This document shows positions 7,480-17,107 of a stretch of 31,073 nucleotides of DNA, in pieces (positions within the stretch are counted from its first letter, which is position 1; each line of letters opens with the position of its first letter). The position numbers and the translations under genes were made by a program. The stretch comes from a virus. Its lineage: Duplodnaviria; Heunggongvirae; Uroviricota; Caudoviricetes. The notes below the pieces were generated by a model. That model ran no database searches and was not told where the DNA came from. It worked only from the letters and a program-made list of their open reading frames with translations. Where the stretch lies: IMG/VR virus record IMGVR_UViG_2602041669_000008. One strand, given 5' to 3'.

Positions 7480-8598
7480 TTATTCAGCCGCCACCGGTTT
7501 TAACAAGCCAGCATCGAGCAGTTTACGCGTCAACCACTGCTGGCCTTTACCCGTTAATTGGGGCGTCAGCCGTATCTGGTAGCCATTTTCATCATCCAGC
7601 ACCACTTCTTTCACCGTGAAATACCCCGCGTTGATGTACTGCTGGAACGGCACATTTTTACGTCCACCGGACGCTATCAGGATGCCGTTCTCCCGTAACC
7701 AGACAAACAGCGCGTTTTGCTTAAGTCCAACAACCTTTGCAAAATTCCCAATCAGGATCCCTTTAGCTACTGATACCCGGTCGGCAAAATCGACTTTAGG
7801 AGCGGCGGCCACCAGCTGCTGATTTAGCTGGTGGGCTTTCTGTTCCAGAAGTTGCTTTTGTTCAGCCAGTTCGGCAGCCAGGCGTAGGGCTTCAGGAAGC
7901 GTCTGGGGGATTGCGATCGGTTGCTGTTCTTTTTGTCGGAAGTAGCTGTCTTCCAGTTTTTCAAAGAATGCCCATGCCTGATCGGTTTCGAGCATTTTAG
8001 CGTGGCGGGCTGCGCCGCGTTCTGTCCAGAGGGTGAGTGAGCGAACATTGCGAGCAATTTTTACAGAGTAGTTTAAAGCTACTCTGTGCTTCAACTCGCG
8101 CAATGATTCTCCTTCAACTTTGAAAAAGTGCTTCCCTTCAACAAAGCGTACTTTGTTCTCATGATGATTTTGGCGAATACGGATTGTTTCTGTCCCATAC
8201 CCTCTAGCAAGAGTCTCGGTTGTCACTACACGCACTCCCTGCCATTCCAGAACGGGAATTTCATCAGACTGATTCTGAACAACCACCAGCTCCGATTCCT
8301 GAACTGAAGGTGCATGAATTTTTTCTAATTTAACGTTATTTGCTTTCATTCTGTGTGCCTCCTTGCGTGCTTCGGCTGCGACGGTTGCGTAATTCAGATG
8401 ACCCTGTTCGAGCAGGTATTCACGGATATCAGACAACAGGATACGGTGAACCGCGTTCTTGTCCTTTCTCCGGTAAAGTTGTTTGGTGATCATGAAGTAG
8501 TTGGCAATAACGCCTGGTATATCCCTGGTACTGATACAGGCAGTGTGCTGTTCAATTGCCTCGATAATCTCTTCACGGGTGACTAATGACGTTCTCAT
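7480..8598 (-). CDS. ant: Antirepressor (372 aa; Bro-N/Rha-like N-terminal region, KilAC-type C-terminal domain)
   Basis: Track ORF; C-terminal motif ...VAKGILIGNFAKVVGLKQNALFVWLRENGIL...; start overlaps the icd-like stop (ATGA). Confidence 0.8.
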   Translation of the reverse strand: MRTSLVTREEIIEAIEQHTACISTRDIPGVIANYFMITKQLYRRKDKNAVHRILLSDIREYLLEQGHLNYATVAAEARKEAHRMKANNVKLEKIHAPSVQESELVVVQNQSDEIPVLEWQGVRVVTTETLARGYGTETIRIRQNHHENKVRFVEGKHFFKVEGESLRELKHRVALNYSVKIARNVRSLTLWTERGAARHAKMLETDQAWAFFEKLEDSYFRQKEQQPIAIPQTLPEALRLAAELAEQKQLLEQKAHQLNQQLVAAAPKVDFADRVSVAKGILIGNFAKVVGLKQNALFVWLRENGILIASGGRKNVPFQQYINAGYFTVKEVVLDDENGYQIRLTPQLTGKGQQWLTRKLLDAGLLKPVAAE

Positions 8599-8789
8599 AG
8601 TCCCTCCTGAGCAGAAGCGTTAACAGGGAGGCACCAGTAACTGAGAGAATTGCGTGAATCAGTGGAAAAACGGGCAGAGAAAATACATGGGGCGTCAGGA
8701 AGCTGAGAGCGGGCCTCATCTTCTGTTGGTGCAATAACGAAGTGATAGTGACGTTTTTGGCAGGAGTAAAAGCGCCAGATAAATTCAGG
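7588..8789. repeat. Direct repeat copy B (matches 1-1196)
   Basis: See copy A; divergent patch at about 8047-8225, inside ant. Confidence 0.85.
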
Positions 8790-8816
8790 ATGAGTTGGGG
8801 TAGGGATAGTAGCCAT
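8595..8816 (-). CDS. icd: Icd-like small protein (73 aa), translationally coupled to ant
   Basis: ATG 8814-8816 with AGGAGG 8 nt upstream, in frame with track ORF 8595-9044; MATIPTPTHPEFIWRFYSCQ... Confidence 0.5.
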   Translation of the reverse strand: MATIPTPTHPEFIWRFYSCQKRHYHFVIAPTEDEARSQLPDAPCIFSARFSTDSRNSLSYWCLPVNASAQEGL

Positions 8817-8981
8817 ATTGGCAGCCTCCTTAGACGTTGGTATGTAACCACCGCAGAAGAGACCAATCTTGCTGGCGGTGGACTGTACGGAGTTGGCCTT
8901 ACTGGCGTCCAAGGTAACCAGCCTACCCGAAGGTAGCCCCATACAGCCCACCATTGTAGAGGTGTGCGTGTACGCCGATAC

Positions 8982-9125
8982 AAAAAAAAGACGCGAGCGG
9001 CGTCTGTATCGCCTTAGACTTAAGCGGGAGGCCAATCCCGGCACCCGTTTTAATGAGGTGCCTGATAAGCATAAACCGAAAATGCCTCAAGGCGCAAGAG
9101 GTCAGGCTCAATGTAACATCGGTAG
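8982..9125 (-). ncRNA. Candidate c4-like structured leader/antisense RNA upstream of icd-like copy B
   Basis: Begins just below the operator at 9136-9152; hairpins GGCACC/GGUGCC and CGGGA/UCCCG; ends in stem AGACGC/GCGUCU plus U8 (8982-9005); no ORF. Confidence 0.35.
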
Positions 9126-9135
9126 TTAAAAAACA

Positions 9136-9152
9136 CAATTTATTAGAGCAAA
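9136..9152 (-). promoter_or_regulatory. C1 operator-like site (TTTGCTCTAATAAATTG, 15/17) heading the icd-like/ant unit
   Basis: Direct read; lies immediately after the pacB stop. Confidence 0.6.
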
Positions 9153-9155
9153 TAT

Positions 9156-10640
9156 TCATTCATTAAGCCATGCCAGAGCTTCATCAACCTGCGCTTCGTC
9201 TTCGACGCTAAGCACTTCATCCTGGGGAACATAATCCGCCAGCATAGCGAAACAATATGTATCCCAATGGTCTGGTGAGTGCAGGTTGAGTTTTTTCTTC
9301 ATATCCTCCTTACTCATCACCTTCCATTGACCTGCGGAGTTAATCCCTACAGGGATTTTCGACGCTTCCTCAATAGTTTCATTACCCTTATCCAGTCTCA
9401 TGCGACCAGATTTTACGGCCTCTGCGGCTTGAACGTTGGCATAAGCACGTTTATCAAAGTACAGGCTCTTATCTTCACGGCTATGCATCTTTTTACCCCA
9501 GCGTATACGCTGTACGGTAATACCATAATACTCGTACATCAGATCCGCCGTTGCTTTACCCAGGCCATCGCCGTCTATCGCTATGGTGATATTTGGGAAT
9601 CGCTCAGGATTACATTCTGCGAAAATTTTGGCGGCAAGCTGCGTTTCTGTAACGTCTGTGTATTCCAGCATTCGATAGTTGATTACACGGCGTTTATTTC
9701 GCTGGCCGGACACCATCATGATATTGATAACGGACTTATCCCGTCCCGTACCACCAGCAACGTCCACACATGCAAGCCAGCCCCATCCTTTTGCAATCTT
9801 GACTTTCCGCCGCGTTGCACGTTCAACCTCATCACGTCCAAGAAGGAAGCCATCCTGTGATTTAGGGAATAGGCCGCGTACCTTAATCATGTACATAGGG
9901 TTATCACGCCCGCCGTACTCCGCCAGCTTCATTTTGATAAATGCTGGCGTTACCAACGGTGATTCCTCACTGTTAAGCGTGATCGCCGTATAAACGCCAT
10001 CAGGGTTACCAGGACGCTTGGCCAGTTTATGGTGTGTATCGTAGAAATAGCCGCTTGGGCGTGTAGGCTGTGACAGCAATAAGATGCGGTTATCCTGTCC
10101 GGTAAGAGCACCGGTGATGATACCGAAAGCTCTATCACTGACACCGGAGGCTTCATCGATAATATACAGAAGATGATCTGCGTGTTCACCGGCGAGAGCT
10201 TCTTCACTTCCCAGACGAAAGCCCTTCGGTACTACAGTCCATACACCTTTACCAGTAATCTCATAGAAAGCGGTTTCTGTCAGAACAAAATAATCAGCAA
10301 GCCATGGGAAACGGCTGGTGGCAGTAGCCCAGTTTATCTTGATGTACTTGAATATACCGGTCATTACCTGCTGAATTTTGTTCGCAACGATAATGGCACG
10401 GGCACCTGGATACATGATTATGAACAACATGATCATGATAGAAGTCATGTCTGATTTCCCGGTACCGTGACCAGACGAAACAGATGTCTTGCTACCCTGT
10501 TCCTGCACAGACTCAATAATCAGATCCTGCTGCCAGGTAGGTGTTTTGCCGAACAAAACATCAGCGGCCGCAATCCAGTCATAACGATATAGCGCCACCA
10601 GCTCGCGCCAACGTGGATCCGTTACGCAACTTCTGGCCAT
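9156..10640 (-). CDS. pacB: Terminase (pacase) large subunit PacB (494 aa)
   Basis: Track ORF; Walker A-like GHGTGKS and Walker B-like LLYIIDEA; start overlaps the pacA stop (TAATG). Confidence 0.85.
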   Translation of the reverse strand: MARSCVTDPRWRELVALYRYDWIAAADVLFGKTPTWQQDLIIESVQEQGSKTSVSSGHGTGKSDMTSIMIMLFIIMYPGARAIIVANKIQQVMTGIFKYIKINWATATSRFPWLADYFVLTETAFYEITGKGVWTVVPKGFRLGSEEALAGEHADHLLYIIDEASGVSDRAFGIITGALTGQDNRILLLSQPTRPSGYFYDTHHKLAKRPGNPDGVYTAITLNSEESPLVTPAFIKMKLAEYGGRDNPMYMIKVRGLFPKSQDGFLLGRDEVERATRRKVKIAKGWGWLACVDVAGGTGRDKSVINIMMVSGQRNKRRVINYRMLEYTDVTETQLAAKIFAECNPERFPNITIAIDGDGLGKATADLMYEYYGITVQRIRWGKKMHSREDKSLYFDKRAYANVQAAEAVKSGRMRLDKGNETIEEASKIPVGINSAGQWKVMSKEDMKKKLNLHSPDHWDTYCFAMLADYVPQDEVLSVEDEAQVDEALAWLNE

Positions 10641-11833
10641 TAATCATCATCCCCGTATAGCTTGCGGGTAACTTCTTCGTCTTCCTCCTCGTCTTCGTCC
10701 AGGTCTTGTTCCAGCCATGGGTCGTTTGATACACCTTCAGTATCAACATCTCCATAACCGCCTGTATCAACGATATCGGCGATTTCTTCCCTACGCTGCT
10801 CAATCCACAATGCGGCATCGGCGCGGCGGTTGGCGGCCCGTTCTCGCGCAACTTTGTCCAGATCTTCAAGAGAAGGGCCACCGACGGCTGTTTGCCTTTC
10901 CTCATCATCGGTATTGGTCTTAGGAGCACGCAGATCGGCTTTGATTTGCTCCAGCATCAGGGGCGGCACTTTCCCGCCATGCGCCTCGATGAATTCAGCT
11001 GCTTCCAGCACTGACCAGTTATTTTCACGCTTTCGTTCGTATGCCAGCTTAACAATGCCAGCTTGCCCCATAGACAAAGCGTGCTTTTCCGCCTCCCGGC
11101 TTTCTTTTCGATAGTTATTCCGGATGCTGTAAATGGTGTTGATCAGGCTGCTTATCTGCGCGGAACAGCTGTTTAGCATGCTCGCGATACGGTATTCAGG
11201 CGGAGTACCTTCATCATCGTCTTTTTGCTGATCGCGCATTTCCTGCACCAGGCGAATACACGTATCCCTGGCGTTCTCCAGCATAAGGAGATGAGAAAGA
11301 GACTTTTCCAGAAGAGTGGTTTCCAGAACATCGGCCCCGGACCGACGCAACATAGCGCGCGCGGCCTTCCGCGCTTCAACGTTATCTATCAGGTAATCGC
11401 CAGCTTCGAATTCAAAGCGTTCACCATCATCATCCAGGGTGTCGCGTTCCAGGCGATCACGTAAGGTCCGGTGGGCGCGGGTGATCACGTCATGATCATC
11501 AGAACGATCATTTATGCGCTTATTCTGGCGCTTCGCGTTCTCGACTGCGGCACTGACAACAGCATTAACTCTTTGTTTTTCAGCCATTTCAGCCACAATG
11601 TGATCACCTGCACGTTGATCATTAGCGTGATCAATGATCATGCTTTTTAGTGGTTTTCTGACAGGCTTATTTGGCTTACGGCTGTCCGCTGTTCCGGTGT
11701 CTTCTTTGAATGCACGGAGATAACGACGTGCGGTGTTTGGGTTGAGATTAAACTCGGCGGCATATTGTGCGATGGTGTAACCACCATCTCGCGCCAGGCG
11801 AGCAAAATTCTTCTTGTGATCGTCCCAGGTCAC
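10640..11833 (-). CDS. pacA: Terminase (pacase) small subunit PacA (397 aa); contains the pac site
   Basis: Track ORF; GTG start with AAGGAAG 5 nt upstream; pac hexanucleotide repeats lie inside its 5' third. Confidence 0.8.
   Translation of the reverse strand: MTWDDHKKNFARLARDGGYTIAQYAAEFNLNPNTARRYLRAFKEDTGTADSRKPNKPVRKPLKSMIIDHANDQRAGDHIVAEMAEKQRVNAVVSAAVENAKRQNKRINDRSDDHDVITRAHRTLRDRLERDTLDDDGERFEFEAGDYLIDNVEARKAARAMLRRSGADVLETTLLEKSLSHLLMLENARDTCIRLVQEMRDQQKDDDEGTPPEYRIASMLNSCSAQISSLINTIYSIRNNYRKESREAEKHALSMGQAGIVKLAYERKRENNWSVLEAAEFIEAHGGKVPPLMLEQIKADLRAPKTNTDDEERQTAVGGPSLEDLDKVARERAANRRADAALWIEQRREEIADIVDTGGYGDVDTEGVSNDPWLEQDLDEDEEEDEEVTRKLYGDDD
11482..11640. other. pac: pac packaging site: 3 + 4 TGATCA-type hexanucleotide repeats, each with a Dam GATC
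   Basis: Repeats at 11482, 11493, 11505 and at 11601, 11616, 11628, 11635; matches the P1 pac architecture (from memory). Confidence 0.8.
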
Positions 11834-11919
11834 TTATGCTTCCTTTCGTATAAAACTCTTTTTGACGCGAGGGTAACGAAAGTCACATGTCAAAAGGCCC
11901 GGAACGGGCAAGCAATCAA

Positions 11920-12372
11920 TCAGATACGTGCGGATGTGGCATTACCGTAATGACGGTGCTGACGGACCACCTTATTGAAAAGTTGACGCGCCATCACCCA
12001 AGGCTGGTGCTCCCGGCGTTCCTTTTCGTCCTGCGTCATATAGAGTTCGTTCTGGAGTTTTTCATCAAACCGGCGCGGAGCGCGGCTGCGGCGAAAGAAT
12101 TCAGGATTCAGAGAGTGGATCTGAAATCTACGTGGGCGTGTACTGTCATCAATCAAAACAGACGAATACTTAGACACAGCGATAGCCTTTAAGCGCAGAT
12201 AAACATCGCGCTTATCGACATCCAGATGCGGGTATTCCTTTTCAAGAATTGCTGCGAGATCTTTCGCTGATAGAAGAGATTTAGTGCGGATCATGTAATC
12301 CGCAATCTCGTACGATGTTATTCGTGAGTGATTTATTTCCATGAAGTGGCGTCCCTGCCAGTTAAGTAACAT
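11920..12372 (-). CDS. lpa: Putative late-promoter activator Lpa (150 aa)
   Basis: Track ORF; GGTGA 4 nt upstream of the ATG; directly upstream of pacA and behind a C1 operator, as for P1 gene 10; sequence itself not recognised. Confidence 0.55.
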   Translation of the reverse strand: MLLNWQGRHFMEINHSRITSYEIADYMIRTKSLLSAKDLAAILEKEYPHLDVDKRDVYLRLKAIAVSKYSSVLIDDSTRPRRFQIHSLNPEFFRRSRAPRRFDEKLQNELYMTQDEKERREHQPWVMARQLFNKVVRQHRHYGNATSARI

Positions 12373-12442
12373 CCTGTCACCTACTGATTAGCCCATGTCA
12401 ACTAATCAACGTCGAATATAATACCCTCGATTAAAGAAATAG

Positions 12443-12459
12443 CAATACATTAGAGCAAT
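12443..12459 (-). promoter_or_regulatory. C1 operator-like site (ATTGCTCTAATGTATTG, 14/17) upstream of lpa
   Basis: Direct read; abuts the stop codon of the upstream ORF. Confidence 0.5.
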
Positions 12460-12460
12460 T

Positions 12461-13504
12461 TTATCTAACGCTCGACGAATGACTTGTGATAGCGCCGACT
12501 CCAAGCGCGTAATCAAAGAACAATCGTTGATGCATCGCCAGCCTACCGTGCGTCTTCTCCCAATTATCGCGGTCACGCTCAATATCACGCTGGCATGACT
12601 GGCACAGAGGAACAGCATAAATGTCATGCGCGCATAATCGACTATGACGAACGATATAAGGCGTAATGTGAGCGCCAGCTCCCGCAGCTCCACAGCCACA
12701 GCATGGACGGGAAGCCACAAAATCCATGTACTCGGGCAATTTTAGCGATTGAAGTTTTGGTATTTTGAAATGCGCCATGCCAGGGTCGGCGTCAACATCC
12801 ACAGGGCATACTTTTGCACGCATCGGCGCGGCGCGTTCTTCCATCATCTGAACATATGCTGTAGCGCGATCGTCATACGGGCGAATATCCGCCTCTTTCA
12901 GAGGTCCGCTATCCTGCGGAGTAGCCTTCATCTTATTTATTGATATGCGGCAGACTTCTTCCGGCATCAGGTGCATCATGTTGCGCATGAAAGCCCACCA
13001 GCACAGCTCCTGAATACTTAAATCATGGCTATTTGAAAGGCCCATTTCCTGACGGGCGACATCCAGTATCCAGTTAACGCGATTATTGTGCAGCGTTTCT
13101 TTCAGCTCATTAAAACCACGCATCCGGTAATGGTTATCGTGATGCCAGCACAACAACACCGCGCTATTGTCTCGTTCAGCGTGGACAATATGGTTGTCAC
13201 ACCAACTACGATCTGCGGCCTGGCATTGACCCTCTTTCCTACGCAACCACGCCACCAGCGCGTCAATTCCACCAATACGGCGAAACAGTTCATCGCTGTT
13301 AAAAAACGGCTGCAACGCCTCATTTGTTGCCATGGTTTGCTCGGTAACAACGAGGCCGTCTTCCATGTGCTCGATTAACTCACGCGGCACCGGCTCCATA
13401 ATAAATTTACGGCCAGCCTCCACCAGCTTTCTGACCTCCTGATCCACTTTGAACGTGGCGAGGCCAAGCTCTTTCTGTACAAAGGGAGTAATTACGGCTT
13501 TCAC
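12461..13504 (-). CDS. Hypothetical Cys-rich protein (347 aa); positional equivalent of P1 pdcB
   Basis: Track ORF; GTG start with AAAGGTG 4 nt upstream; no family recognised. Confidence 0.6.
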   Translation of the reverse strand: MKAVITPFVQKELGLATFKVDQEVRKLVEAGRKFIMEPVPRELIEHMEDGLVVTEQTMATNEALQPFFNSDELFRRIGGIDALVAWLRRKEGQCQAADRSWCDNHIVHAERDNSAVLLCWHHDNHYRMRGFNELKETLHNNRVNWILDVARQEMGLSNSHDLSIQELCWWAFMRNMMHLMPEEVCRISINKMKATPQDSGPLKEADIRPYDDRATAYVQMMEERAAPMRAKVCPVDVDADPGMAHFKIPKLQSLKLPEYMDFVASRPCCGCGAAGAGAHITPYIVRHSRLCAHDIYAVPLCQSCQRDIERDRDNWEKTHGRLAMHQRLFFDYALGVGAITSHSSSVR

Positions 13505-13531
13505 ATCACACCTTTAATCACTGATTGGGCT

Positions 13532-13711
13532 TTATCTGCTGCCCGGCATTCTCTGTTTAAGCACAACCATTTCCTGACGGCATAACACAGCAATAGCGGT
13601 CCTGACTCCAATTTGCTTACCAACCAGGTATTGCTTTACCTTGCGGCGACTCACGCCATCAAGAAGCATCTTTAACGCTTCACGGGACAATTTGTTGTAT
13701 TTGCGTGCCAT
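13532..13711 (-). CDS. Small basic protein (59 aa); positional equivalent of P1 pdcA
   Basis: ATG 13709-13711 with GGAG 8 nt upstream, 5 nt after the doc stop; in frame with track ORF 13532-13732. Confidence 0.45.
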   Translation of the reverse strand: MARKYNKLSREALKMLLDGVSRRKVKQYLVGKQIGVRTAIAVLCRQEMVVLKQRMPGSR

Positions 13712-13715
13712 TAAT

Positions 13716-14096
13716 CTACTCCGCAGAACCATACAATCTACGTAACGTGTCGGCGACAGAAGATACAGATATCTCGCCAGTCGCAGCGCCTACAGTAAGG
13801 TCTGCCAGTTCAGGTGAATCAAATACCTGCACCCCGTTACGGCGTAGAAATAGCAGCGCACTGTTTAGCGCGGTACGCTTATTGGCATCATTGAATATAT
13901 GCCCTCTCGCTGTAGCCACCAGGTAGGTGGCGGAGACTTCGAAAAGGTCGGTGATCTCTTCGTAGGCAACTCTGGCCTGAACTCTCCCGATAATGGCCTC
14001 TGCCCTACCCGGATCAGACATTCCCGGCAGGCCGCCGTAGCGGCTTATATTCGCATCATGAAGCGCAATAAGTTCTTCCGGTGATATATGCCTCAT
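13716..14096 (-). CDS. doc: Doc toxin (126 aa, Fic-fold kinase)
   Basis: Track ORF; motif [11 protein letters not shown]; start overlaps the phd stop (TAATG). Confidence 0.9.
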
Positions 14097-14317
14097 TATC
14101 GGTTAACCAGTTCCTTGTTGGTGGAGTCCAGGGTGTCAAACAGGGATGCAAATTCAGCATCCAGCGCCGCTTTTTTGTAGGCTTCGAAAGTAGCCTTGCT
14201 GACAATTACTGCTGGCTCACGGCCTCTGCGGGTGATTTCAACCTCTTCCCCGGCTTCAACATTGTTGAGCACTTCAGAAAGGTTGCCACGCGCGGTACGG
14301 AAGTTAATGGATTGCAT
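14096..14317 (-). CDS. phd: Phd antitoxin (73 aa)
   Basis: [40 protein letters not shown]... as remembered for P1 Phd; in frame with track ORF 14096-14332. Confidence 0.9.
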
Positions 14318-14389
14318 AAACACCTCGTGCACTCGTTATGTGTACACAATTATAAACTTCACAGGCATAAAGCACCAGCACTTTGCAGC

Positions 14390-14779
14390 TTAAATAACCG
14401 GACAATCATCAAATTCCCCACTTCGGGCATCATTGATGACATGAGTGATCACACCAAAAACAGCATTACTGCCCGTGTATCCATCGTCATCTACTGGTAA
14501 CGCCTCTTTCTTCCCGGTGCTTAAATCCTCCAGGTGCTGGCGCGGATACTTCCTGTATCTCTTTATGCGATATTCACCCTCCATAGCGCACACAAGCAGA
14601 GAACCATCAACCGGAGTAAGCGAGGAATCAACCACCAGCAAAGCACCCTGCAATATTCCCTCACGGTGATGGCTATCAGCTGCCCGCATGAAGTAGGTCG
14701 CTGAAGGATGTCTAATTATCTGCTGATCAAGAGAAATTCGGCTTTCAACATAATCCGCCGCAGGAGAAGGGAAGCCCAT
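14390..14779 (-). CDS. humD: HumD (UmuD'-like, 129 aa)
   Basis: Track ORF; GFPSPAADYVE... resembles processed UmuD'; GAGGT 8 nt upstream of the ATG; LexA box just upstream. Confidence 0.85.
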   Translation of the reverse strand: MGFPSPAADYVESRISLDQQIIRHPSATYFMRAADSHHREGILQGALLVVDSSLTPVDGSLLVCAMEGEYRIKRYRKYPRQHLEDLSTGKKEALPVDDDGYTGSNAVFGVITHVINDARSGEFDDCPVI

Positions 14780-14797
14780 AGCGTTTTACCTCAATGA

Positions 14798-14817
14798 TAC
14801 TGTTTATTCATACAGTA
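14798..14817. promoter_or_regulatory. LexA (SOS) box TACTGTTTATTCATACAGTA
   Basis: CTGT-N8-ACAG palindrome 19 nt upstream of the humD ATG. Confidence 0.75.
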
Positions 14818-14902
14818 TACATTGAAAAGGCATAGTTTGTGAAAGCGGGGTTTGTAGGCGCGCCACGCTGGGGGCTAATCACATTTCTCCCCCATCTTGC
14901 CG

Positions 14903-15154
14903 TTATTTTTTTGGTGCATCCTCGTTCTGATACACCGGATCGCTCCCTTTTGGCAACTGGAGGCTTAACTGCCGATAGTGCCGTAACCGTTCCATGAAAT
15001 AGGTGCGCAGATTCTCTGGTTGCTCGCGGGCTACCTGTTCAGCTATGACAGGTATGTTCAATCGCTCTTTGTACGCCACACCGCTGGCAGCCAGATCAAC
15101 GTTAACCTTATCCCGTTCTTCCTGACTTTTAGCTGCAATATTCCAATCGTGCAT
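14903..15154 (-). CDS. hot: Hot, homolog of DNA polymerase III theta subunit (83 aa)
   Basis: [39 protein letters not shown] closely parallels HolE; internal ATG at 15152-15154 of track ORF 14903-15175. Confidence 0.85.
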   Translation of the reverse strand: MHDWNIAAKSQEERDKVNVDLAASGVAYKERLNIPVIAEQVAREQPENLRTYFMERLRHYRQLSLQLPKGSDPVYQNEDAPKK

Positions 15155-15295
15155 ATCAAATCCCATCCAGAACAATTGCGTAACGACTATTATTTAACCA
15201 GCAAAGTAACTTTTAATTTTTTTTCTTTTCCCATTGATTTTTGTGCACAGCTTATCTGCCTTGCCGTGCGCAGAATCAACTTTTTTCTTCCTGAT

Positions 15296-15304
15296 TTATC
15301 CACA
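15296..15304. promoter_or_regulatory. DnaA-box 9-mer TTATCCACA in a coding-poor region
   Basis: Exact consensus 9-mer; single copy, so function is uncertain. Confidence 0.25.
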
Positions 15305-15603
15305 AAGTTATGCACTTGCAAGAGGGCCATTTTCTAAATATTGTGATGTTTCACAAATGAAATGAATTTTGATTAATGAAGATAAGGAGAAAATTTGAGA
15401 TGCAATCATGACGTTAATAGATAGGGTCTGCATTACAGACCCCATCCGCATCAAGGAATTAGCCGTTCCCTGATGTTGTTCCGAAAACATGTGCCGTAAG
15501 CTCACGTTAACGACTTTCTTTCACCGAATCCAACTATATAGGGGTTGGGTTTCTACGTCAACGTGAGCAAGTGCTCCTTTACATTTGACAAGGAACCACC
15601 TTA

Positions 15604-15741
15604 ATGACTGCTTTTTTTCAGTTCCTGAGTGCATTTTTAGATGCGCCTGTTATTAGCCAGATTCTGGCGATCATCCTCATCATCGTTTTGATTTTGCTTT
15701 TAAGGTCAGTAAAAAATGGAATTATGCACTGGCTTACTTAA
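15604..15741 (+). CDS. Candidate small hydrophobic peptide (45 aa, one predicted TM segment)
   Basis: ATG 15604 with AGGA about 10 nt upstream; MTAFFQFLSAFLDAPVISQILAIILIIVLILLLRSVKNGIMHWLT; below the track size threshold. Confidence 0.3.
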   Translation: MTAFFQFLSAFLDAPVISQILAIILIIVLILLLRSVKNGIMHWLT

Positions 15742-15815
15742 TGTTCAGTGAAACATTAAAATCTCCTTGATGTGGAAACAATCATTTTCTGTATGTGCTG
15801 GTGGGTACCTGTAGT

Positions 15816-16178
15816 TCAGCTTTCGTTGGCATTTAACTTCGTCTTTGCTTTCTCCACCAGCAACTTCCAGATGCCTATTTCATTAGCAGCCGCCTTGATG
15901 GCGGCATAAAAAGCATCTTGCTGATCGTAACGCTGAATCTGTTTTTTCAGTTTTGCCTCCACCAATTTAATTTCATTACGTGCTTTCTGAAGCCGCAGCG
16001 CCGCCCGGTTACGTCTGTTCTTGTATAGCGCGTTAATCTCTGATAATTGCTTTAATTTACCAGCCTGACTGCGGATTATCGCCTCTCTGACTTCTGCCGT
16101 GCGTCTCATCTGATCTCTTAAGAGTTCACCGTTTTCGATAATTCTTTCAAGGTGTTTGATGTGATCTGCAACTCTCAT
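15816..16178 (-). CDS. Hypothetical coiled-coil protein (120 aa)
   Basis: Track ORF; start overlaps the stop of the upstream 310-aa ORF. Confidence 0.6.
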   Translation of the reverse strand: MRVADHIKHLERIIENGELLRDQMRRTAEVREAIIRSQAGKLKQLSEINALYKNRRNRAALRLQKARNEIKLVEAKLKKQIQRYDQQDAFYAAIKAAANEIGIWKLLVEKAKTKLNANES

Positions 16179-17107
16179 ACTTCACCCTCGCTTGTATCGC
16201 CAGCATCCACCAGCGGCAATAAAGCCCTGGCCATCTTATGAACCAATAGTGCATCAATAATGCCAAGCGTATGCCCCGGCTTAATGTTTAATGCCGCCTC
16301 AAGGTGACACCTTTCCAGGCCACTTTTCTCGGCTTGTTTATGATGATCTGGTGTAATAACGTCGCCCAAAACACGGCTAATTCTTTCTCGTAATTGCTGG
16401 GTGCCAGCACACTTGATCGCTGTATCGTGGAGACGGTTAACCAGTTCGCGATAAACATGCGGCTTAATTCGGATACGTTCACCGGTGACGCCCTTTCCTG
16501 GTGCTGGCACCGAACTATCCGGAATATCCGGATAGTTGCCAGCCTCGTAAGCTACCCGCAGCCAGTGCATGAATGTTTCAGTGGACACACAACCACAGTC
16601 CACATCGATTTTCCCGCGTTGCTGTTCCAGCCATTGCCCAAAATCCAACCTGTAAGTCTTACTTTCAAGTTCATCACCATTGAACTCGACTTTCTGCGAC
16701 GCTATGAGAGCTGATTCGTATTGTTCGCGAGTGACAACTGACTGGTATTCATCGCTATCAAGGTCACCAATTGGAAGCTCAATCTCACAACAAAAATTGC
16801 GCCCAAAGAAAGTGTCTTTTTTGTGGTCTGAGCCAAAAGCAAAAGTCGCGCATGGTGCCATTAAATTGACACTGGGTAGGTAACAATAACTCATTCCATC
16901 AGGCCACCCGCCGCACTTAGGCAGTTCCTTCACTAACAAGTCGATAAACTTCATTTTTTTATCATCTTTGCAAGCCGCCAAAGCCATTTGGGCAAGTGCC
17001 AATACTTCATCTGCCGTATATCCAGCACCGTGACCATACATTTCGATACGGGAAATAATCTCTGATATACGCTCTTCAGTGATTCTGGTCATTTCTTTTT
17101 GCGCCAT
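16175..17107 (-). CDS. Hypothetical protein (310 aa), Cys-rich
   Basis: Track ORF; AAGGAA upstream of the ATG; no family recognised. Confidence 0.6.
   Translation of the reverse strand: MAQKEMTRITEERISEIISRIEMYGHGAGYTADEVLALAQMALAACKDDKKMKFIDLLVKELPKCGGWPDGMSYCYLPSVNLMAPCATFAFGSDHKKDTFFGRNFCCEIELPIGDLDSDEYQSVVTREQYESALIASQKVEFNGDELESKTYRLDFGQWLEQQRGKIDVDCGCVSTETFMHWLRVAYEAGNYPDIPDSSVPAPGKGVTGERIRIKPHVYRELVNRLHDTAIKCAGTQQLRERISRVLGDVITPDHHKQAEKSGLERCHLEAALNIKPGHTLGIIDALLVHKMARALLPLVDAGDTSEGEV

Noticed and set aside
8595-9044. 149-aa extended version of the icd-like ORF
   Set aside because: The extension has no RBS and runs through the structured leader; the internal ATG at 8816 has a strong AGGAGG and gives the 73-aa product matching copy A.
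12406-12720. Minus-strand ORF of 104 aa
   Set aside because: It lies out of frame inside the 347-aa ORF 12461-13504 and spans the lpa operator; the longer ORF has the better RBS.
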